Notes: generated by a model not told the origin, from the sequence alone. 64,000 nucleotides of DNA from a virus (IMGVR_UViG_3300033076_001137:1-64000); one strand, 5' to 3'. Counted from the first letter of the stretch, positions 1 through 8,504 are shown. Numbers and translations are program-made.

Positions 1-424
1 TTGCCCACTCTCCGATATCGCTTTGGAATAGCTCATATTCCAGCTCTGTAGCCTCGTAAAGACCCTGAGCCCATAGCTCGCGTGCCTCATTGAACAGATC
101 GAAAAATTCACGAGTTCCAGGTCGATAAACGCTTTCGCTGAGAGGAAGCTTATTCTCTATATGATATCTTAGACCTTCGCTATGCTCTTTGTCTCTTTCG
201 TCTTTGTAAACATCGCGAGTTCCAAGTTTTTTTGGATTGTTCGGCCTTCCATCCGCGGTCAGATCGAGGACGGATCCACCGTAGATCTTGCTACGCGTAT
301 TCTTCCCCGGGAGTATTCTGTCGGTCACCTGTGGGGGGCGCGCGGCGCCGGGTCCACGTCTAGAACGCTCGATCATGCGATCAAGCTCTTCATTGATCAT
401 TTCGATTAGGGCGAGCGTGTTCAT
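1..424 (-). CDS. Hypothetical phage protein, partial (runs off the window start)
   Basis: Hand translation: ATG at 424, open to the window edge (MNTLALIEMINEELDRMIERS...LRYHIENKLPLSESVYRPGTREFFDLFNEARELW...). Not in the ORF track. Confidence 0.75.
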   Translation of the reverse strand, partial: MNTLALIEMINEELDRMIERSRRGPGAARPPQVTDRILPGKNTRSKIYGGSVLDLTADGRPNNPKKLGTRDVYKDERDKEHSEGLRYHIENKLPLSESVYRPGTREFFDLFNEARELWAQGLYEATELEYELFQSDIGEWA

Positions 425-619
425 TTACCTATGGTCCTTATAAATGTCGAAGTCCTTAAGCTTCTTTCTCTTCGCCGGCTTGCCCTCGTGATCTAGATCG
501 AAACTTTTGGCAGCTCCTGAGAAGTACTTTCCCTTTGCGTTTGGGTCGGCGAATACGCTCTCGGATTCTCTAGGTGGATCTTCACCGACCTTGTGGCGTC
601 GGGAAGTTTCCTCATCTAC
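425..619 (-). other. 64-codon -1 frame extension of the 616..1113 gene (no start of its own)
   Basis: Reads VDEETSRRHK...KDFDIYKDHR*. Its TAA abuts the next ATG (TAAATG), and it is entered through A AAA AAG at 625..619. Confidence 0.6.
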
Positions 620-1113
620 TTTTTTTTTACAGGCTTCCGCGACTTCTTGGGCTCGACTCTGTCATACCAAGCGGTCTCTGAGGTCTTCTTCATATTACGA
701 CGCTTCTTCATGTACCAGGGCTTCTTGGCCTCGTTCATGTCAGCCCTTCCGAGCTCAGCGCTCAGATAATCGTAGATGGTATCGATCATGTTAGCCGCGA
801 CAGCGATCTTTTCCTGAACCCATTCAGGAAGGTCATCGCCATCCTGTACCATGTCGTGCATCACTTTCGTCTGTATCGCCAGATTATGAAGATTACCCTT
901 GATCATAGAAGACTCTTCGTTATCATCCGAATCTTCGAAAGTCATAGAGCCGTCTACGTTGAACATGGGAGCGGCACCGTCAGTGTGCCCGTACCCAAGA
1001 ACGTCCAGCATCGGCATCACAGCAGCGAGGGCGTTCGGTAACTCACCCTCTCGTGCCATGCAACCGCACTCATTCAGGATCATCTGCCTGAGAGCTTTCT
1101 TGTCCATCATCAC
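616..1113 (-). CDS. Hypothetical protein (acidic core, basic C-terminus), probable virion protein
   Basis: ORF 165 aa with GGAAG RBS-like site; tight overlap with the upstream gene. Confidence 0.75.
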   Translation of the reverse strand: MMMDKKALRQMILNECGCMAREGELPNALAAVMPMLDVLGYGHTDGAAPMFNVDGSMTFEDSDDNEESSMIKGNLHNLAIQTKVMHDMVQDGDDLPEWVQEKIAVAANMIDTIYDYLSAELGRADMNEAKKPWYMKKRRNMKKTSETAWYDRVEPKKSRKPVKKK

Positions 1114-1382
1114 TTCTTCCCCTTGTTCGACTTGATCTTGAGCTCTGCAGCTGGAACTTTCGGCTGCATGCGCCTTTCCTCTGCGAGCCTTGCCGTCTCG
1201 ATGGCGGCCATCTTAAAAACCATCTCGGCCTGCTCGAGGGTTAAACCCTGAGTGAGAAGGTCGACGACGCTCATGCTTGCTATCTCGCCAAGCTGGTCAT
1301 CAGCAGCACGACCACCGTGCATCAGAGACTTGATAGCCATCTGACGATACTCTTCTTTCTTAAAACTGCGTGGCTTATTCAT
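1110..1382 (-). CDS. Hypothetical protein
   Basis: ORF 90 aa, overlapping the next gene by 4 nt. Confidence 0.7.
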   Translation of the reverse strand: MNKPRSFKKEEYRQMAIKSLMHGGRAADDQLGEIASMSVVDLLTQGLTLEQAEMVFKMAAIETARLAEERRMQPKVPAAELKIKSNKGKK

Positions 1383-1408
1383 CGATATGAACCCTCACTG
1401 CTATAGAT

Positions 1409-1906
1409 ATGATGGTACGGGAGATATTCGTGGAATACGGAACAGCAAATTTGCTGATGCTGGAGTATGTTGGGTTTATGAGAATGATGCAGCTTTGGTT
1501 TCACGGAGCTCATCATCTCACCAGAGGTTCGAGCTTTTCAGGTGATCACGTCAACCTCTATGGAAAGATCTACACCGCTGTCCAGGAAGAGATCGACGGA
1601 GCCATCGAGAAGGCGGTAGGTCTTTTCGGAGATGAATGTGCCGACCCCATGAGCGTCACGGAGAAAGCCCTTGAAATCATGTCGGAGTATCCGAGCCCCG
1701 CAGAGCTTCCGGCGCCAGGTATCGCAGCCGTTGGTCTTCAAATAGAAAAAGACTTCCTTCAGTTCTCGAAGAGCATTTACGACGAGATGAAGACGAGCGG
1801 CGATTTAACGTTGGGATTGGACGATTTCATCATGGCTACGGCGAACGCTCATGAAACGAACGTGTACCTGCTCCAGCAGCGTACTCGAGACGAGATGAGC
1901 AGATAA
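1409..1906 (+). CDS. Dps/ferritin-like protein
   Basis: LWFHGAHHLTRGSSFSGDHVNLYGKIY...EEIDGAIEK resembles the Dps HWNxxGxxFxxxH...E..D...E ferroxidase pattern. Followed by a strong terminator. Confidence 0.75.
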   Translation: MMVREIFVEYGTANLLMLEYVGFMRMMQLWFHGAHHLTRGSSFSGDHVNLYGKIYTAVQEEIDGAIEKAVGLFGDECADPMSVTEKALEIMSEYPSPAELPAPGIAAVGLQIEKDFLQFSKSIYDEMKTSGDLTLGLDDFIMATANAHETNVYLLQQRTRDEMSR

Positions 1907-1909
1907 AAC

Positions 1910-1937
1910 AAAAGGCAGGGAATGATCCCTGCCTTTT
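1910..1937. terminator. Bidirectional rho-independent terminator
   Basis: Perfect 12-bp inverted repeat AAAAGGCAGGGA-atga-TCCCTGCCTTTT between convergent genes. Confidence 0.9.
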
Positions 1938-1957
1938 CAAAATCATGCTTTAAATTT

Positions 1958-2152
1958 TCAAGTGTAGCCGAGAGAATCATCGGAATCATCTCGACCGATG
2001 ATGTAAGCCGGAGTGCGGCCGCCGCCTCGGATCGTGTGATAACGACCGTTGTACCGAACAACCTGATAACCAGAGCGCTGGATTGGAACTCGTGCGATCT
2101 TCTCACCGGTGCTCTTGACGTTGATAACGATAGGGGTGTACGTGTTGAACAT
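1958..2152 (-). CDS. Small hypothetical protein
   Basis: ORF 64 aa with AGGAG upstream, ending just before the terminator. Confidence 0.65.
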   Translation of the reverse strand: MFNTYTPIVINVKSTGEKIARVPIQRSGYQVVRYNGRYHTIRGGGRTPAYIIGRDDSDDSLGYT

Positions 2153-2193
2153 TGAGTTTCTCTTGCTCCTTAGTTTGTTGTTTTTGAAATTTT

Positions 2194-2502
2194 CTAGATG
2201 AATATTAGCTGCTTATCGCACTTTTTGCAGATAGCTTCGAAATCTTTCTCACCAGCTATTAATCTTAGCTTTTCTGTCCTGGGGAGGGATTTTACCGCCC
2301 TTTCAGTCTTTAACGTGCATGATAGGCAGCAGACGGACCATGATGATTTTAGGCGCACGGGCCTACGAGAGGCCGTGTATTTCGCGCCTCGACCCCCTGA
2401 ATTATGCTCTCTGATTCTACGTTCTACGTCGGTTGTTATGCCGCAGTAGAGCGAACCGTCGATGCATTCCAGAAGGTAGAGGTAATATCCTCTACTCGTC
2501 AA
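2194..2502 (-). CDS. GIY-YIG nuclease (YhbQ/UPF0213-like); start uncertain
   Basis: YYLYLLECIDGSLYCGITTDVERRIREHNSG..GAKYT..RRPV is the classic small GIY-YIG pattern. Confidence 0.85.
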   Translation of the reverse strand: MTSRGYYLYLLECIDGSLYCGITTDVERRIREHNSGGRGAKYTASRRPVRLKSSWSVCCLSCTLKTERAVKSLPRTEKLRLIAGEKDFEAICKKCDKQLIFI

Positions 2503-2719
2503 TGTACTCAAGCATCTGATCTGCTTCGTACGTAGAATCGCCAAGCCGAGCGCGAATCTTAGCGATGCGGAGAGCAGCCTTCAGCGCCTTCACATCTACG
2601 CCGTGACCCTCCTCGTACTCCTTGAGGATTTCCTTCTGCGTCTCGCGAAGTGTCCCCATCTCATTCTCGATGCTTGTCAGCTTATCAACCAGTTCCTTAA
2701 CAACTTCCTTAGTCGCCAT
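2492..2719 (-). CDS. GapR/DUF2312- or T4 DsbA-like small dsDNA-binding protein
   Basis: Helical pattern LVDKLTSIENEMGTLRETQKEILKEYEE.HGVDVKALKAALRIAK; GGAGG RBS. Confidence 0.6.
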   Translation of the reverse strand: MATKEVVKELVDKLTSIENEMGTLRETQKEILKEYEEGHGVDVKALKAALRIAKIRARLGDSTYEADQMLEYIDE

Positions 2720-2738
2720 GCGGCCTCCTTATGAAGAT

Positions 2739-2767
2739 ATACTAAGGAGCGTCCGTTAACTTTTCAA
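2739..2767 (-). promoter_or_regulatory. Sigma70-like promoter
   Basis: TTGAAA-17 nt-TAGTAT upstream of the 2719 start. Confidence 0.55.
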
Positions 2768-2960
2768 GCTCATCATCCCAAGCCGTCATCATTTTGTCGT
2801 TAAACAGAACCTCAAAGTACTCATGAGCGTTTGGATCAGTTCCTAAGCTCTTTATAACAACGCCGGGCCCCTCGACCTCCGCAGCTTGTCCGAAAGTCGG
2901 GATGTAGCGTCTCTTGTATCGCGATCGCAACCGAACTAACGAACCTGGCGAGATGGACAT
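2742..2960 (-). CDS. Hypothetical protein (small, beta-rich)
   Basis: Probable start MSISPGSLVRL at 2960, immediately after the upstream stop. Confidence 0.6.
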   Translation of the reverse strand: MSISPGSLVRLRSRYKRRYIPTFGQAAEVEGPGVVIKSLGTDPNAHEYFEVLFNDKMMTAWDDELEKLTDAP

Positions 2961-2961
2961 C

Positions 2962-3234
2962 TTACTGCCACTCATCCTCTTTGGGCTCTTCGTAATTTGC
3001 GTCCTCGACTTCAGAGCCGCATGTCGGACACACATGAACTTCAAAACTAGTGTTAGACTCTATGACCGTGCAGATATCGTCGAGCATATCAGCGAACTGA
3101 CTTATTTCCTCGAGAGCGAAGTTTAGTACTGTCGTTCCCACTGGAACGCAAACTAGCTTCTCCTGCTTGAGCAGCCATGCTCCATGTGGAAGTCGTATCG
3201 ATCCCTTGGGCGGTGTCTGCTGACTCTGGCTCAT
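2962..3234 (-). CDS. Hypothetical protein with CxxC; start uncertain
   Basis: ORF 90 aa containing VCPTCG; stop abuts the next start. Confidence 0.5.
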   Translation of the reverse strand: MSQSQQTPPKGSIRLPHGAWLLKQEKLVCVPVGTTVLNFALEEISQFADMLDDICTVIESNTSFEVHVCPTCGSEVEDANYEEPKEDEWQ

Positions 3235-3478
3235 CTTTTGTTACGCTCTCGTTTGATTTCTGTGGGAACATGAATGAAATTGCGATATCATCGGGTGGCT
3301 CAATACTCAATGAGCTCAATTTAAGTAAAAAAAGCTCTCTGGTGGTGATGCCTTCTTTAGCCATCCATTGATCTACGTCTATTCTACGACGTGATACGTA
3401 ATTTTGCCAATTCACTCTTCTATTACCCTCATCTCTGATCTTATATTCTGATCCAGGATTTGGAAAACTATACTGCAA
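3089..3478 (-). CDS. Hypothetical protein; start uncertain
   Basis: ORF 129 aa in a co-oriented run. Confidence 0.5.
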   Translation of the reverse strand: MQYSFPNPGSEYKIRDEGNRRVNWQNYVSRRRIDVDQWMAKEGITTRELFLLKLSSLSIEPPDDIAISFMFPQKSNESVTKDEPESADTAQGIDTTSTWSMAAQAGEASLRSSGNDSTKLRSRGNKSVR

Positions 3479-3648
3479 GCTTCCTCGGGCTCTAGATCGC
3501 TGAGATGTCTTATTGTCTCTCGACGAAGTGTTCCAACATCGTAGAATCTGCCGTTAGAAACAAAAGCGGCCGCAGCAGCATAAAGCCGCTCGGCACGCTC
3601 TTCGTCCCAATCTAGGATTTCCAGTAATCTAGTTTCTAATTCTATCAT
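3412..3648 (-). CDS. Hypothetical protein
   Basis: ORF 78 aa with an ATGA overlap. Confidence 0.65.
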   Translation of the reverse strand: MIELETRLLEILDWDEERAERLYAAAAAFVSNGRFYDVGTLRRETIRHLSDLEPEEACSIVFQILDQNIRSEMRVIEE

Positions 3649-3944
3649 CGGTTTCCAGAGTAAATATCTCCCAAAATAGAAGACATCGACTCCTGGAAGC
3701 GAGGATCGAAAGCAACGCGGTGAGATTCCTCATCCAGACGCTCGGCGGGCACACCGTTCGCGATGCAAACTTCGCGAGCGATCTTCTCAAGAGCGCGGAT
3801 CACCAAATTACGCGCAGTGGACACGCTGATCTTGTCACCGCCCTCCGCCATCTTTTCAGCGATGAGACGGTACTCAAGGCCGCCGCTGTCAGAATCAATA
3901 GTCGCGTAACCGTTCTTGAACTTGGAACCGGTGGGCATGCTCAT
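3645..3944 (-). CDS. Sigma70 region 4.2-like HTH protein
   Basis: GLEYRLIAEKMAEGGDKISVSTARNLVIRALEKIA resembles the sigma region 4 HTH (tleEIa...isrerVrqie.rAlkKL). Directly abuts the sigma gene stop. Confidence 0.55.
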   Translation of the reverse strand: MSMPTGSKFKNGYATIDSDSGGLEYRLIAEKMAEGGDKISVSTARNLVIRALEKIAREVCIANGVPAERLDEESHRVAFDPRFQESMSSILGDIYSGNR

Positions 3945-4742
3945 TTACTTGTTCTCCACGCGAAGGTTGAGAGTCTCGATCTCTTCGTTAGTGATGGGAA
4001 AATTGATATGATCGGTGGGATCCTCGGTGAGTCCGAAACGAAGACGAAGAATCTTCTCCTCACGAGGGGTCAGGGACTGCAAACCACGACGAATGGCAGC
4101 TGCGATCTTGTGACGGTCGATAGACTCCTCGAGCTCATCGGCGCCAGTACCCTCGATCATCTCGCCGAGGCGTGGACCTTCATCGTCACCGTCGCCGGCC
4201 ATGCCGGGAGCATCGAGGGAGAGAGTGTATCGGGAAGTCTGCAGCAGGATGCCGAGAGAATCCTGACCGACCCCTAGAAGATCCGCGAGCTCCTCAACAG
4301 TGGGCTGGACACCGAACTGACGATTGTACTCATCTGCCATCCGGCGCGCCTTCCACACGAGGCTGTTAGCACCCGCGGGAAGACGAATCGAGGAGGACTG
4401 AAGGGTGATATGGCGCATGACCGACTGCCGGATCCACCATGTGGCGTAGGTGGAGAACTTGAACCCACGTCGCCAGTCGAAACGATCGACCGCTCGCATG
4501 AGACCAAGGGTGCTTTCCTGTACCAGATCATCGAAGTCGCACCCACGATTCTGGTACTTCTTCGCGATCGAGATGGCGAGTCGGATGTTGGACTGAACCA
4601 TCTTCTCACGAGCCGCTCGTGCGACCTTCTCATCCTTGCTCTCCATCTGCTGAGAGAGCTCGACCTCACCCTCGCGGGTCAGAAGCTTATGACGACCGAC
4701 TTCCTTGAAGAAAGATTGCATTGCGTCCATATCACCCTCCAA
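3945..4742 (-). CDS. RNA polymerase sigma70-family factor (RpoD/RpoS-like), lacking region 4.2
   Basis: SNIRLAISIAKKYQNRG, DLVQESTLGLMRAVDRFDWRRGFKFSTYATWWIRQ (regions 2.1-2.4), region 3, LTPREEKILRLRFGL, then an unrelated 27-aa tail. Confidence 0.93.
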   Translation of the reverse strand: MEGDMDAMQSFFKEVGRHKLLTREGEVELSQQMESKDEKVARAAREKMVQSNIRLAISIAKKYQNRGCDFDDLVQESTLGLMRAVDRFDWRRGFKFSTYATWWIRQSVMRHITLQSSSIRLPAGANSLVWKARRMADEYNRQFGVQPTVEELADLLGVGQDSLGILLQTSRYTLSLDAPGMAGDGDDEGPRLGEMIEGTGADELEESIDRHKIAAAIRRGLQSLTPREEKILRLRFGLTEDPTDHINFPITNEEIETLNLRVENK

Positions 4743-4744
4743 TT

Positions 4745-5002
4745 TCAGTTGCTGTAAGACTCGTTTTCGGCAGCCTCGGGATTGCGACGAAGGTAATCCT
4801 CGTAGGCTCGACGGCGAGCCTCACGAATCTTGAGCTCCTCAGCGAAGTAGCAATACTCAACCTCAAGCTCATAGGTCGGATGGTTACGACGACGACCGGA
4901 CTCGATCCAGCCGCGGAGCTGCTGAACCTTGTTTCGAACTTCCTCCTCGGGGAGGATTGCGAGCACGTCGCGATTGACTGGAGTGATCTGCTTGTTAGAC
5001 AT
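4745..5002 (-). CDS. Hypothetical protein
   Basis: ORF 85 aa, first gene after the promoter at 5069-5097. Confidence 0.7.
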   Translation of the reverse strand: MSNKQITPVNRDVLAILPEEEVRNKVQQLRGWIESGRRRNHPTYELEVEYCYFAEELKIREARRRAYEDYLRRNPEAAENESYSN

Positions 5003-5068
5003 GGTACCTATTGACTAGTTTGTTGTTTCACCTACCGTTATCGGTTGGTGGAGCCATCGCCCATTACT

Positions 5069-5097
5069 AGTATACCATGTCTTGTCTAGCTTTACAC
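5069..5097 (-). promoter_or_regulatory. Sigma70-like promoter for the sigma operon
   Basis: GTGTAA-17 nt-TATACT with TG upstream of -10 (extended -10), in an intergenic gap. Confidence 0.6.
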
Positions 5098-5107
5098 GCT
5101 TTCCCGA

Positions 5108-5389
5108 TTATTTCCTGTCGGCCGCGGCCTGAGCCACTTTCGCGTCGAGAGCTGAGAGGCGCTGGATGATCTCCATGTTCTGCTGCTTGATCTGCTGCAT
5201 GTCGATCTTCATGTCAGCAATCTTTTCTTTCATATTCTCGCCAGATTCCTTGGTGAAGTACTTGTCCTCACCGTTCCTCTCTGCCCACAGAACTATTGAG
5301 ACTAGCACAGCTCCAGTAGTGATGATTACTGGGATCCACGACCTGATCTGATCTGCGACGCTATGCGAAGGATTCGGTGCTGATGCCAT
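5108..5389 (-). CDS. Small single-pass membrane protein with coiled coil
   Basis: Hydrophobic WIPVIITTGAVLVSIVLWA followed by heptad pattern; GGAG RBS. Confidence 0.7.
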   Translation of the reverse strand: MASAPNPSHSVADQIRSWIPVIITTGAVLVSIVLWAERNGEDKYFTKESGENMKEKIADMKIDMQQIKQQNMEIIQRLSALDAKVAQAAADRK

Positions 5390-5407
5390 GACTAACTCTC
5401 CTTCACG

Positions 5408-5415
5408 TTAATTAT
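5408..5415 (-). promoter_or_regulatory. ATANTTA(A) motif, putative late promoter
   Basis: ATAATTAA about 19 nt upstream of ATG 5389. Confidence 0.5.
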
Positions 5416-7007
5416 TCCGCAGGAGAGTCATCAACGACTGTGCATCCAACCGAGAGCAGAATGCTGGCTGCGCTCGCTGCGTTCTCAAGCGCCGATCTGA
5501 CCACTTTCAGTGGATCAATGATGCCAGATTCGAGTGTATCAACGAAGCCTTCGCTCGCGGCGTCGTAACCCATGCTTCCCCGAAGCCTCTCAACGCGCGC
5601 CAGAACCATCTCAGGGTTTCGACCGGCGTTTGTAACTATTTGTCTTAATGGAGCCGTGCAAGCTTGCAGTACGACCTCGGCGCCTTGGCAGAAGGAATCT
5701 CCCCTGCTACGCGGAATAGACTTTCTAACTCGGGCTGCCGCTCGAACCAAAGCAGTTCCACCGCCCGGTACTACGCCTTCCTCTACAGCAGCTTTGGTCG
5801 CGTGGAGAGCATCGTCAACTCGATCGCGCCTCTCCTTCAGCTCAGGTTCTGTAGCGCCACCAACACGAAGAACAGCGACCCCACCAGCTAGACGAGCAAC
5901 ACGACGTCGGAGCGCATCACGATCATTTTGATCCAAAGTCGGATCGTCAAGCTGCGACTTAATCTCGCTAGCTCGAGACTGGATCGACTCCTTGCTTCCC
6001 GCAGCGTCCACAATCACCGTCTTGTATCTTCCAACGACTGCTTTCTTGCAACGACCCAGCTCATCAAGCCGAACGCTCGCAATCTCAGAATCACTTGAGA
6101 GAACCTTCGTGTTGAGCAGAACGGCTAGATCCTGCATCGCATGTAATCTATTCTCGCCGAACTCAGGACCCTTGATCGCGCAAACCTGCAGAATCCCCTT
6201 CGTTCTATTGACGACAAGGCCCTGCATCGCCTCACCGTCGACATCATCAGCGATGATGAGAAGAGGCTTTTGGGAAGAGTGAATCTTCTCCAGAATCGGC
6301 AGGATCTCCTTCAAAGCAGAAATCCTACTGTTCGTTAGAAGAACGTAGGGAGAATCTAGGGAGGACACCATCCGTTCGCTGTCGGTAACGAAATAGGGCG
6401 ACAGATAGCCACGATCAATTTCGGCGCCTTCAACGACCTGAAGACTTGTAGAGAAGCCCTTCGCCTCCTCTACAGTGATAGTCCCGTCACGTCCCACAGC
6501 TCGCATCGCTTGAGAGAGCAGCTCACCGATCTCTCGCTCTCCATTAGCCGAGATTGTCCCAACCTGAACGATCTCCTCGTCCGAAGTGATGGGCTTGGCG
6601 ATATCACGAAGGGCAGATATGACAGATGAAACAGCCCAAGACATCCCGGCTCGAACCTCGGGACCGCTGTGATCGCCCGAGAGGACGCGAAGTCCACCGT
6701 TGAAGATCGCGTGGGTGAGAACTGTCGCGGTTGTTGTGCCGTCACCTGCAGTATCGCACGTTCTGCTTGCGGCTTCCTTCACGATTTGAGCGCCCAAATT
6801 CATGTTTCTGTCTCTGAGGTCAATCGACTTCGCGACAGTAACGCCGTCTTTCGTGACAATCGGCGGAGCTCCAGGTACCTCGATGATCACATTCTGACCA
6901 GAGGGTCCCATCGTAACGCGAACTGCCTGCGCGAGAGTATCAACACCCTTACGCAGGCAATCACGGGCATCATCGTCGAATATAAGAGACTTGAAGCCCT
7001 CAGTCAT
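5412..7007 (-). CDS. groEL: Chaperonin GroEL (phage-encoded)
   Basis: TMGPSGQNVII, TKDGVTVAK, AGDGTTTATVL, ISANG, GGVAVLRVG, VEEGVVPGGG; no GGM tail. Confidence 0.98.
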   Translation of the reverse strand: MTEGFKSLIFDDDARDCLRKGVDTLAQAVRVTMGPSGQNVIIEVPGAPPIVTKDGVTVAKSIDLRDRNMNLGAQIVKEAASRTCDTAGDGTTTATVLTHAIFNGGLRVLSGDHSGPEVRAGMSWAVSSVISALRDIAKPITSDEEIVQVGTISANGEREIGELLSQAMRAVGRDGTITVEEAKGFSTSLQVVEGAEIDRGYLSPYFVTDSERMVSSLDSPYVLLTNSRISALKEILPILEKIHSSQKPLLIIADDVDGEAMQGLVVNRTKGILQVCAIKGPEFGENRLHAMQDLAVLLNTKVLSSDSEIASVRLDELGRCKKAVVGRYKTVIVDAAGSKESIQSRASEIKSQLDDPTLDQNDRDALRRRVARLAGGVAVLRVGGATEPELKERRDRVDDALHATKAAVEEGVVPGGGTALVRAAARVRKSIPRSRGDSFCQGAEVVLQACTAPLRQIVTNAGRNPEMVLARVERLRGSMGYDAASEGFVDTLESGIIDPLKVVRSALENAASAASILLSVGCTVVDDSPAE

Positions 7008-7008
7008 A

Positions 7009-7215
7009 TCAATCCTTCAGGACCTGACGGCGACCTTCAGCCACCAGACCCTCGCTGGCGATCTGTCGACGTGATCCCGTTAGAGAATTAACGGCGACGA
7101 GAAGATCACCGACTCGAACTGCGACCTCGGACTCCTGGATAACGCCACGAACACGAAGATTGCGCTGCTCATCACCGCTCAGCGGCTGATCGAAAGAAAG
7201 ACCATTGTTTTCCAT
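7009..7215 (-). CDS. Hypothetical protein (not GroES)
   Basis: Start MENNG at 7215 with GAGG RBS. Confidence 0.65.
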   Translation of the reverse strand: MENNGLSFDQPLSGDEQRNLRVRGVIQESEVAVRVGDLLVAVNSLTGSRRQIASEGLVAEGRRQVLKD

Positions 7216-7240
7216 ATGCACCTCTTGAGAAATATTGTAG

Positions 7241-8071
7241 TCACATTTGCTGAGAAGGAAACTGGATCCAGAGTCGATCGAATGAGGCGATCCACTTGGG
7301 CCATGTCTTATCATTAGTAAGGGAGAAGATTCCAAGATCCTGCATCGTAGAGCGTAGATCGTCATTCTGACGGATTGGTTCGCTACGCTCCAGATGTTCC
7401 CAAGTGCTCGTCAAATCCTCGAACCCAATCATGCTTAGATTATGCTCGAAAATCGCACGAGTTTCAGGCTTCTTCTTGAAGTAAGCCTCTAGAGCCCCAT
7501 CCTCAGTCACAAGCGCGGTGGCACGCTTATCTCCGATGCCAGGAATACCTGGAATGTTGTCTGCACCATCACCGCGCAGAGCTTTCCAGCGAACGTAATC
7601 GTAGGGCGGAGCTTCGACGAAAATGTCCTTAATAGGAGAGTAGAGGGTGATCCGTCGATCATCGAGGCGAAGAAGCTGAGTGAAATCGGTGTCGGTCGAA
7701 ACAATCGTCACGCGATCATCAATGTGATGCTTCTCCGCCAGGTGAGCGATGACATCATCAGCCTCGTAGTCAGCGTGCCTCGCCACGATGACCGGTAGGT
7801 GGCGCGAAATGATGTCTGTGATCTGTCTCTTCTGATTCCAGAAGGAATCATCCATCGAGGACCGCTGTGCCTTGTAGGTGCCCTCAGAGGCCGCGATGCG
7901 CCTCCGCGGCGTACCCTCCAAAACGAAATAGGCCGCGTCAGGCTTGAACCTCTCGATGAGGGATCGTACCGATCGAAGAGCTGCGAAGGTGCAACCGTTC
8001 TCGGACTCTCCCATTGCCACCCGGGCACGATGAATGAGATTCAGACCGTCGATAATCAAAACGTGTCGCAT
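7241..8071 (-). CDS. 5'-3' exonuclease / flap endonuclease (Pol I N-terminal-like), copy 1
   Basis: LIIDGLNLIHR, YKAQR, EADDVIA, VSTDTDFTQL, ALRGDGADNIPGIPGIGDKRA. Confidence 0.95.
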   Translation of the reverse strand: MRHVLIIDGLNLIHRARVAMGESENGCTFAALRSVRSLIERFKPDAAYFVLEGTPRRRIAASEGTYKAQRSSMDDSFWNQKRQITDIISRHLPVIVARHADYEADDVIAHLAEKHHIDDRVTIVSTDTDFTQLLRLDDRRITLYSPIKDIFVEAPPYDYVRWKALRGDGADNIPGIPGIGDKRATALVTEDGALEAYFKKKPETRAIFEHNLSMIGFEDLTSTWEHLERSEPIRQNDDLRSTMQDLGIFSLTNDKTWPKWIASFDRLWIQFPSQQM

Positions 8072-8457
8072 TAGATTTTTACCTTCATACGGGTGCCATC
8101 AGGCATGAGGATAGTGGCTGGTTCGTCCACGGGTTCTGGCTCTTCAACCTTCTGGCTGAAGGTCTCGATCGCCAATGCCTCAGCACGTTCGAGCATTGCG
8201 ACGACCTGCGTTCTTGTACGTTCGACAAGAATATCGCGTAGACTTTCGACGCTTGTGAAATACTCAGCCGCGTCAGGGTCGAGAGGCACGCTCTTCTGAC
8301 TGCCAGCGAGTTGGATCATCCACACAGTCTCCTGACCGGAGATCGTGCGACGTAGAATCTCCTCAGTGATCTGAGCTGGAATGACCCGACGCTCTCCGCT
8401 GGGGATGAGATAAACGATTTGACCGACTTTAAATGGTGGTAGAGTTTCTGCGCTCAT
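8071..8457 (-). CDS. Hypothetical protein
   Basis: ORF 128 aa. Confidence 0.7.
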   Translation of the reverse strand: MSAETLPPFKVGQIVYLIPSGERRVIPAQITEEILRRTISGQETVWMIQLAGSQKSVPLDPDAAEYFTSVESLRDILVERTRTQVVAMLERAEALAIETFSQKVEEPEPVDEPATILMPDGTRMKVKI

Positions 8458-8463
8458 ACCACC

Positions 8464-8492
8464 ATTATAAGTCGGTCAATATACTATTGCAC
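8464..8492 (-). promoter_or_regulatory. Sigma70-like promoter
   Basis: GTGCAA-17 nt-TATAAT. Confidence 0.55.
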
Positions 8493-8504
8493 GAAAACGC
8501 GCAA

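Noticed and set aside
7009-7215. GroES upstream of groEL
   Set aside because: The 68-aa ORF lacks the GroES PLxDRV and mobile-loop pattern.
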